This document shows positions 55,311 through 64,000 of a stretch of DNA of 64,000 bases, in pieces. The position numbers were made by a program, and so were the translations under genes. The DNA comes from Octopus bimaculoides. Lineage: Eukaryota. Where the stretch lies: positions 167,483,679 to 167,547,678 of the forward strand of contig NC_068981.1 in assembly GCF_001194135.2 (NCBI RefSeq), in the 5' to 3' direction. Position 1 is the stretch's first letter, and each line of letters begins with the position of its first letter. The notes below the pieces were generated by a model. The model was not told the DNA's origin. It did not search any database and was given only the letters and a program-made list of their open reading frames with translations.

Positions 55311-55637
55311 GATTTTACTTTCGATTTATGTTATATATTTGATATATTTTAAAATTTATTATTGTCTTTTCATCCATACACCAGTGTTGATAAATACATT
55401 TAATCGTTTAATTTTTGAGTGATCAAAAGCATCCACGAAGGCTTGATCAACGCTATTGATATTTGAGGGCAAGAAACAGGTTTTAACAAATCTAGAAGGA
55501 CGACATGAATTTGAACTTAGAACGTAATGTACCGAAACTAAATACAGCAAAACACACTACGCAACGCTCCACCGATTACGTATAATGCCATTTTTATGCC
55601 CACACATTTTCAGATGCCATCTTGAATTCGTATATAC

Positions 55638-56093
55638 ATTCTTTAATTCTTTTATTTGTTTCAGTCATTTGACTGCGGCCATGCTGGAGCACCGCCTTCA
55701 GTCGAACAAATCGACTCCAGGACTTATTCTTTGTAAGCCTAGTACTTATTCTATCGGTTTCTTCTGCCGAGCCGAACCGCTGAGTGACGGGGACGTAAAC
55801 ACACCAGCATCGGTTGTCAAGCGATGGTGGAGGGACAAACACACAAGCACACATACACACATACAGACACACACACATGCACACACACTCACTCACAGAC
55901 ACACACACATATATATACGACGGGCTTCTTTCAGTTTCCGTCTACCAAACCCACTCACAAACCCACTCACAAGGCTTTGGTCGCCCCGAGGCTATAGCAG
56001 AAGATACTTGCTGAAGGTCCTTCGCAGTGGGACCGAACCCGGAACCATGTGGCTGGTAAGCAAGCTACTTACCACAAGGTCACTCCTGTGCCT
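55638..56093 (-). mobile_element. Full-length family-R SINE (OR/CORE-like)
   Basis: Complete tail, (CA)n linker, body and tRNA-like head; small duplication CCCACTCACAA. Confidence 0.9.
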
Positions 56094-56120
56094 ATAAACA
56101 TAATATCTGTTACAGTAACT

Positions 56121-56422
56121 GGCACACCGTTGGTTAAGATGACGAAGGCGCCAGTTGATCCGATCAATAGAACCTGCTTGAGAAATTAACATGCAAGTCG
56201 ATTTGTACTCCACGGATATTTCACAGATATCCTTAATATAGGTCTCAGGGAGATTCAGCATTACAAAGCTGGTTCTTTTAAATACAGATACTACTCATTT
56301 TTGCCAGCTAAGAGGACTGGAACAACGTGAAATAAAGTGTCTCGCTCAAAGACACAACGCGCCGCTGGGAATCAAACTCACGGCCTTAAGACCGTAAGGC
56401 GAATACCCTGACCACTAAGCCT
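56121..56422 (-). mobile_element. Mosaic SINE: head and 5' block of the Nin-like family joined to the Ceph-like body and tail
   Basis: ACTCATTTTTGCCAGCT...CGTGAAATAAAGTGTCT as in 62655-62883; CCAGTTGATCCGATCAA...AAATTAACATGCAAGT as in 19275-19557. Confidence 0.65.
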
Positions 56423-56491
56423 TCCGTTATAGTATTGGTATTGTAAAGTAGTGATAAGTGTGTGTACGGATATTTTATATTTAAGACCATA

Positions 56492-56652
56492 GGCGCAGGT
56501 GTGGCTGTGTGGTAAGAAACTTGTTTCCCAACCACATCGTTCCAGGTTCTGTCACACTGTGTGGCACCTGGGGCAGGTGTCTTCTGCAATAGCCTCGGGC
56601 TTACCAATGCCTTGTGAGTAGATTTGATAGACGGAAATTGAAAGAAGCCGTC

Positions 56653-56687
<35 letters not shown>

Positions 56688-57500
56688 CATGTATAGTTAG
56701 GTTATATTCTGTTAAGGACCTAGTAGAGTACTGTATAGAGCTCTTCCACCTTCATATTTCACCCAGCGCTATCCAACAGTAGTATTTTACCTACTGCCGG
56801 ATTTGCATTGGGGCTTTTGTAGTGTGTGATTGGATACTTGAATAAGTTGGAGTCAACAAAAAGGAGTAAAAAAACAACAACATGTACTTGTAATCACTAT
56901 AATTGTTTCCACGCAACGTAGTTCATCAGGTTCGGAGGTATTTGATTATGTAACCATTTCCCCGCATTATGAGATCTTGTATTTCATCTGGTGATATATA
57001 GATATTGTTTCTGTGTTCGGTAAAATCAAATTTTCGGCTTCGACCACATCCTTTCTGTCTGTTGTGGCTATGCAAAGTAGTAGTAACCACTCAGTATATT
57101 AAAGTGATATTTATATGTCACCTGATGAAACACAACAAAATCTCATAATGCAGGGAAACGGTTCCATTACAAAATAGCTGCGAACCTGGAGAACTACGTT
57201 GCGTGGAAACAGTTAGAGTGATTACAAATAAATGTTTCTCTATATTCCATGTTAACTCCAACTTATTCAATGATATATATGTGTGTGTGTGTATGTGTGT
57301 CTTTGTGTCTGTGTTTGTCCCCCCGTCACCGCTTGATGACCGGTGTCGGTGTGCTTAGGTCCCTGTAACTTAGAGAGTGATAACTTAGAGACTTAAAAAA
57401 TAAGTCCTGGAGTCGATTTGTTTGACTAAAAACCCTTCAAGGCGGTGCTCCGACATGGCCGCAGTCAAATGACTGAAACAAATAAAAGAATAAAAGAATC
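56492..57500 (+). mobile_element. Family-R SINE split at its internal microsatellite: head 56492-56654, tail about 57281-57500
   Basis: Both halves match 31778-32170; about 600 bp of extra sequence including a palindrome lies between them. Confidence 0.8.
56838..57270. mobile_element. 433-bp palindromic element, arms about 165 bp, with hammerhead-like motif in the arms
   Basis: TTGAATAAGTTGGAGT.AAC...TTGTAATCACT.TAA.TGTTTCCACGCAACGTAGTTC..CAGGTTCG...GCATTATGAGAT...TTTCATC.GGTGA mirrored at about 57106-57270. Confidence 0.78.
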
Positions 57501-58051
57501 TAAACAAACGACTGTTGGTGCAGCAAGATACAATAAACTCAGTCCTTATCCATACAAGTTAAATCAGCCTTAAATACCGACATGCATTTACAATACCGCC
57601 AGGGAATCATAATTCCATACTATAAACAGTACACATCCTACTCAAGATATAATCCGCTGCATTTAACACCATCCCCTGGTTTTTGGCTGCTTTTAAATGG
57701 AGTCCACTCAGTTAGTCTGAGGAGATTATATATCGATATTCACTTGATCCACTACACTGTATTGCGCTTGGACTTGTTAATGTAATTGCTTGTTGGGGGT
57801 ACAAGTTGTAGAGGTAATTCAGGAAACGAACAGTGTTGGATATGATGAACAACTGTGGATTCTGTCCTATTTGTTGGCAAGCCTACCTGCAAGCAAAGAC
57901 TTTTAATTGAGTTACTTACAAAGATAGTTATGGCTAGCAGGAACTCGTAGGTTGTATTTTCTACTCTCTTTATCAAATCAGTCTCGCGGCTTTGCAAAAG
58001 TCATGGAATTGCTCCTACACATTTGGCTAAACATTTTGAAAAATCCTAACG

Positions 58052-58109
<58 letters not shown>

Positions 58110-58689
58110 CCATATACGTAGCAAAATATGTACATCATAAATATATCCACTAATCTCAAACCAGACCTGTAACGAGACTATTACTCCCGGTTGTGCACGA
58201 TTAATCTTAAAAGGGTTCACATTTTTATAATCTTAATGTTTTAATACACATATACACCGACATTAGAAAGCAATCAGTACGCACATTATGGGATACATTA
58301 TAATTACTTGAAAGTAAAATTACTGTTTATTTTCAGGAAAATAAAAAGAAAGAGAATCTATACATATATATCATCACTATATATATTGTATGGATTGTTT
58401 TGCATTAACTATTATCTATATAGAGTCTATGACCTATTATATTAATTTAAATTCAGCTGAAAAAAAAAGCTCGATATGTTAATATATAAAATTTTCTTGG
58501 TGTCTGGTATGGGGGATCGATCATAATTTAATAATTTTAAATATATTTACTTTGGGATCCATTACTGAGTAATAATTAATATTTAGATTTTTTAGTGTAA
58601 TGATAGAAGTATTAATCTTCATGATTTTCTGTAACTAACATCTAGAAATATAAGTGGAGAGGCTGCTCAATTTTAACCAAACCATTTCT

Positions 58690-58922
58690 TATTTCTTTAT
58701 TACCCACAAGGGGCTAAACATAGAAGGGAGAAACAAGGACAGATAAAGGGATTAAGTCGATTACATAGACCCCAGTGCGTAACTGGTACTTAATTTATCC
58801 ATCCCGAAAGGATGAAAGGCAAAGTCGATCTCGGCGGAATTTGAACTAAGAATGTAACGGTAGACGAAATACCGCTAAGTATTTCGTCCGGCGTGCTAAC
58901 GTTTTTGCCAGCTCGCCTCCTT
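58690..58922 (-). mobile_element. Family-M SINE with alternative 3' tail and 9-bp TSD
   Basis: ACCATTTCT at 58681-58689 and 58923-58931; tail AATCCCTTTATCTGTCCTTG...GCCCCTTGTGGGTAATAAAGAAAT. Confidence 0.85.
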
Positions 58923-60521
58923 ACCATTTCTGGCTTTTCTTTGTCTATAGATGTACCCCCAAATTATGCAAAGGAATGCCATAAGAAATAAATAGCAAAA
59001 TGAGAAAATTGTCATATATATCTGTCCGCCTTACCTGTGCCTGCTGTAGCCACGAATAAGGTTTATAGTTGGGGCTAATTAAGAGAATATACCCAAGACA
59101 GCCCGTTTAAAACGCTGTTAACCAGCTTATTTGTATGGGCAATATGGTCTTCAAGAAGAGGAAAGTATCAGTAGATCTGGCATAGTAGATCTGTAGGTTG
59201 CATCCAGTCTTTCAACTAGTTACTGACTCGATAAGAGCCGACCAGGGGCTACACAAGTACGATAAGAACAGCAGCTCTGATTGAAATATCTGGAAATATA
59301 TTGCAGAAAATTTCTATTGGAAAGAAAATATAATGTCCATTTCATACCAACGAAACTTAATTTTGCTGAAAGTTCTGGGCAGGAGGATATTGAAATGAAT
59401 GCTAGGAATCTGAAAAGCACAACAATCTTTAGATTTAAAGGCTCAGCCTTCAGCCATACACAACGACGTTATTAATTATGCCTTACAACAGCAATTTCAA
59501 ACAGTGATCGATAGCGTAGAGAGAGAGAGATGAGCTTCACTAGACTTCCTTGACCCTTGGCACACTATAAAAAGATGAAGACATTGACAAGCAAACAAGG
59601 AGACTATTACGTGGTTGCTTGATCTCTTAGAAAAAGCAGCCAAGTCACTTTAGTTTCAAATCCTACTAATTCAAAAAAGAAAGACACACTGGAGATGGTA
59701 CACTTAAATACTCTATGTCTTAAATTAAAACTATGGGGCAATGGTGACTTTGAACGCAAATCAACCAGAGTTGACTCGGAGCTAAATAGCCATCACGAGA
59801 ACAGCAACGAAACCGTTTGATTGATTATCAAAAACATCTTTTATGAGTTACAAGATATTTCCATTGTAGGTGAAACGTTGGGAAATATATGTCAAAAGAG
59901 AAAGACAACAAATTTTCGATTCTCAGTTGAGGAATACACGTAGGAATTGTGTGAGGAGGAAGTGTGATAAAAAGGATGCAAGACAAGTGTACAGAAAACA
60001 GAACAACAGTAGTAGTAGTAGAGGTGTGGTAGTGGTGGTAGTGGTGGTAGTCGTATATTTTGTAATTGGCAGAGGAGGAAACGCGTTGGAAAGAAGTAGA
60101 AAAAGGACAGCAACAAGTATTAATGTTGATAATGAAAATGAATGCTAGAATGCTTGCATAATCAAGTGAGCTAGCATAACGTTACTATTATGTTTACACG
60201 CAGCAGGCGTCCCCGGGCATTTTTTTCTCCCCAGTCGTCCTCTTAATATTAATTACAGTATGGTGGTAGTGTAAGATGCAGTAGCGGATGCAGTTGCAGT
60301 TGCAGGAGGAAGAGGAGGAGGAGGAGGAGGAGGTGGGCGTAAGAAGTCGAAGTGGCAGTAGAAGTAGAATGTAGAAGCAGGAGTAGTAGCAGTGGGAGGA
60401 ATAGCATTGCGCTACGAGTAGGTGTAGTGGAAGAAGGCATAGGAAAACGAGATGAAGTGTATGCGTGTGTGTATATACATGCGCGTGTATGTCTGTAGGT
60501 GTGAATGCTTATATGAGTTCT

Positions 60522-60643
<122 letters not shown>

Positions 60644-60769
60644 GTATGTGTGAGTACGTGTGCGTGCGTATACGAGGTTATTTCGTCTTTCTATCTCCTG
60701 ATAAGAAATCTAAAACATCACATGACCTGATGATTGTCTGCAAGCTCTAGCAGATGCCTATATTACTGC

Positions 60770-60966
60770 TATCATAGTAGTAATAGTAGTAGTGGTGGTG
60801 GTGGCGGCAGTAGAAAGTGGTAGGGATAGTGATAGTAGTGGCTGTAGTGGTTGTTTTAGTGGTTGTATTAGTAGTAGTGGTGACGGTGGTGGAAATGGTA
60901 ATAGTAGTAGTAGCGGTTGTAATCGTCGTCATAGTAGTACTAGTAGTAGTCGTAGTAGCGGTAGCT

Positions 60967-61016
<50 letters not shown>

Positions 61017-61032
61017 CGTAGTAGCGGTAGCT

Positions 61033-61070
<38 letters not shown>

Positions 61071-61086
61071 CGTAGTAGCGGTAGCT

Positions 61087-61142
<56 letters not shown>

Positions 61143-61158
61143 CGTAGTAGCGGTAGCT

Positions 61159-61210
<52 letters not shown>

Positions 61211-61280
61211 TAGTAGTGGTGGGTTGTTGGTGGTGGTGGTGGTGGTGGTGGTGGTGGTTGGCAGTGGTAGTAGTAGTCGA
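60770..61280. repeat. (TAG)n array with higher-order unit TCGTAGTAGCGGTAGCTG repeated four times
   Basis: Unit starts at 60950, 61016, 61070, 61142. Confidence 0.92.
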
Positions 61281-61869
61281 AGTAGATAAATCCACTATCA
61301 ACGGTACTGTCATCATCACCCACACACTGACACGCGGATCTCAAACACCATGGCCACGGGCCCGCTGGCGAGAGAACCTCTATGTGGTCGCTCAACCTGC
61401 AAGCAACAGCTGATAAATCCATTCAAATCATACCCTACCATCGTTCGGAGGTCATATTGAACAATGCAGAGCTCTATGAGTAATAGCGTGCCTTTGTAGA
61501 CCGACATCTCGAAGTTTGTATCATTTTGTTATTGGAGTGTCACACATGTATTTATACATTTACCTAAAACCAGCAGCGTAGGAAGAGGAAAGGCGATGGG
61601 TGTGGTCATCCCATCCCTTCTTGGTGGCACTTTTATGGAGGCGACACTGTTATAAGCCTGCATAAAGACGGTGACGCGGGGCGGCAAACTCGAAGGCTAC
61701 CTCGGACGGCACAAACTCTAGCTACTCAGTGGCCTAAAACTATAATACATATATGCATAGATAAGTTTGTTATATGATTAAATATTAACTCTACTACCGC
61801 CACGTCTCTACCACTAACTCCACTACTACCTAAGCTAGAAATAGCTCAGTCAATTACTAATATTAGTTA

Positions 61870-62070
61870 CCAATTTTGGTACAAGGACAATAATTTCAGG
61901 AGAGGGAGCAGGTCGGTTACATCGACCCCAGTGTTCCACATGTATTTATTTTATCGACCCCGACAGATGAAAAGCAAAGTCGACGTCGGCTGATTTTGAG
62001 CTCAAAACATAAAGGCGAACGAAATGCTGCTAAGCATTTTGCCCGGCACGGTAACTATTCTGCCAATTCG
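61870..62070 (-). mobile_element. Family-M SINE, head abutting the 28S fragment
   Basis: AATTTTGGTACAAGG...TTTATCGACCCCG...GATGAAAAGCAAAGTCGAC...GCTAAGCATTTTGCCCGGC...TTCTGCCA. Confidence 0.8.
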
Positions 62071-62334
62071 TACTGAAAATTGAGATCGTGCGAGCTTTTG
62101 CCCTTTTGCTCGACGTGTAGTTTCCGTCCACGCTGGGCTCGCCTTGAGACACTTACGTTACCGTTTAACAGACGTACCGCCCCAATAAAACTCCGCGACC
62201 GACACTGTTCTCGACTAAGGGTCGCACATCGGCTGCTTCGGCGCCCGCGAAGGCGCTCGACATGCACCGCGCGCTTCGCACGAGATAATGAACCACCGCC
62301 CGGCGACGGCCCGATCCCTTCTCCATCGAGTTAG
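62066..62334 (-). rRNA. Isolated 28S (LSU) rRNA fragment from domain V (about H79/D10 to H88); pseudogenic
   Basis: ATTCGTACTGAAAAT..AGATC..GCGAGCTTTTGCCCTT.TGCTC...GCTCGCCTT..GACAC...CGTTACCGTTT.ACAG..GTACCGCCCCA...AAACTCC is the reverse complement of conserved eukaryotic LSU sequence; sharp GC-rich island. Confidence 0.9.
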
Positions 62335-62520
62335 GGCGGCAAACTGGCGGGATCATCAGCACGCCAGATAAAATTCTTAGCGGCATTTCAAATTCCACCG
62401 AGGTCGATTTTGCCTTTCATTCTTTCAGGGTCGATAAGTACCAGTTAAACACTGAAGTCGATGTAATCGACTTACCCACTTCTCCGAAATTGCCGGCCTT
62501 GTGCAAAAACTTGAAAGCAA
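62335..62520 (+). mobile_element. Family-M SINE starting at the end of the 28S fragment
   Basis: GGCGGCAAACTGGC head, GCCTTTCATTCTTTCAGGGTCGATAAGTACCAG core. Confidence 0.8.
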
Positions 62521-62654
62521 TATTTATACCACAAGCACTACTAACAAAATTCACTACAATCAACATAATTCCATCATCTGTTAGAAAAGGGAGTCAACTT
62601 ACTCATTAAATCACACTACCGTCTTATGAAGGGGGTGGATAAAGAATAAAGATC

Positions 62655-62883
62655 CTTCCCAAATCATACAAACTCACAGGGCCGGCTTTCCGGTCCCGTG
62701 ACGCGTATATCCTTCATCCCTGGATGGAACGCTGGTCCGTCGCAGGGTTACTTGTTTTTGCCAACTGGGTGGATTGGAGAAACGTGAAATGAAGTGTTTT
62801 GCTTAATAACATAACGTTCGACAGACTGAGGAATCGAAACCACAGTCTTACAATCATGTGTCTATCATCATAACCACTAAGCC
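62655..62883 (-). mobile_element. tRNA-headed SINE with Nin-like domain
   Basis: CCCTGGATGGAACGCTGGTCCGTCGCAGGGTTAC resembles the Nin/Inv SINE domain as I recall it; related to 2915-3195. Confidence 0.65.
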
Positions 62884-62926
62884 AACAGCAACAGTACAGT
62901 TCTATATTTAAGAGATGGGGAATTTT

Positions 62927-63084
62927 GTACATTATTTACATTATTTACATTTGACGGATATTTGTCTTCATCTTGTCTGTTGTTAACACAACGTTTCGGC
63001 TGATATACCCTCCAGCCTTCGTCAGGTGTCTTGGGGAAATTTCGAACCTGGGTTCTCATTCCTAAAGTATTTTTTTCGATGTTG

Positions 63085-63147
<63 letters not shown>

Positions 63148-63530
63148 GCGCGGGCTACTAACTCCAAGATTCCGAGTTCGATTCCAAGCAGCGACCCGAA
63201 TAATAATAANNNNNNNNNNNNNNNNNNNNNNNNNNNNNNNNNNNNNNNNNNNNNNNNNNNNNNNNNNNNNNNNNNNNNNNNNNNNNNNNNNNNNNNNNNN
63301 NNNNNNNNNNNNNNNNNNNNNNNNNNNNNNNNNNNNNNNNNNNNNNNNNNNNNNNNNNNNNNNNNNNNNNNNNNNNNNNNNNNNNNNNNNNTTAGGAATG
63401 AGAACCCAGGTTCGAAATTTCCCCCAAGACACCTGATGAATGCTGGAGGGTATATCAGCCGTCACGTTGTGATAACAACAAACAAGATGAGGACGAATAT
63501 CCGTCAAATGTAAATAATGTAAATAATGAA
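62927..63530. mobile_element. Head-to-head inverted pair of PLE-tail-like units (62927-63065 minus, 63392-63530 plus) around (AAT)n, a partial tRNA-like head and an N-gap
   Basis: Arms nearly identical over about 138 bp; B-box GAGTTCGATTCC at 63174-63185. Confidence 0.82.
62985..63030 (-). ncRNA. Minimal type-I hammerhead ribozyme motif with intact core
   Basis: GACAC-CUGACGA-A-GGCUG-10nt-CAGCC-GAAA-CGUU/GUGUU; mirror copy 63428-63473 has GAAA changed to GTCA. Confidence 0.7.
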
Positions 63531-64000
63531 CAACACCAACAACGATACAATCGCAAGCGGCTCTGCAGGTAACTAAGAAAGGTAACCGCTCGATCGGTTA
63601 GACATAGCAGCCAGATCTTGCTGACGTTACTTGCTACCGGATCGAAATAGTATTCACTGTGAACAGTATGGACATAACTACACACAACCCAATAAAAAGT
63701 CGAAGCTGGATCGCCATTGACTATAGTTATGCACGATCAGGGTTGACGCTGCGCTATAAAATACCATCGACAACCGAGATAAACCACCACCATCATTACC
63801 TTAACTATTCCCACTATTACTGAACACCCATAGCTCCTCCTCCTCCTCCTCCTCCTCTTCCTACTACTGCTGCTGCTGCTGCTACTACTACTACTACTAC
63901 TCAAAAACTATTACAACAAGAACGTCATCACTACAGCTATTATTACCGCTAAAATTATCCTCCCTCCATTCCGGACACAACCATTATCACCTCCTCCACA

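Noticed and set aside
60940-61160. Regularly spaced repeat resembling a CRISPR array
   Set aside because: The spacers are pure TAG runs, the context is eukaryotic and there are no cas genes
62055-62398. GC-rich ORFs suggesting a gene or bacterial contamination
   Set aside because: The sequence is a eukaryotic 28S rRNA fragment joined to host SINEs
63147-63199. Possible tRNA gene (and other SINE heads with A/B boxes)
   Set aside because: 5' truncated with no acceptor stem; these are tRNA-derived SINE heads

Overview
AT-rich, microsatellite-saturated eukaryotic DNA from a draft scaffold with about ten N-gaps, most next to (TA)n or (CA)n runs. The SINE, LINE and microsatellite content points to an octopod cephalopod; this is inferred from recognised repeat families, not from a database search. 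I find no supportable intact host gene, so the window looks intergenic or deep intronic. It contains: many tRNA-headed SINEs of at least four families; decayed LINEs (RTE, restriction-like-endonuclease R4/Dong type, CR1/L2 group); a full-length but dead 1.24-kb Tc1 element with DD36E spacing, nested with an RTE 3' end inside a long inverted-repeat element; a decayed Penelope-like element (PLE) with an inverted 5' block; several short, often palindromic elements carrying minimal hammerhead-ribozyme motifs, one apparently joined to a tRNA-type head; and a roughly 270-bp 28S rRNA fragment between two divergently oriented SINEs. Most ORFs in the supplied track are artefacts of microsatellites or N-gaps. 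Boundaries of decayed elements were read by eye and are approximate.
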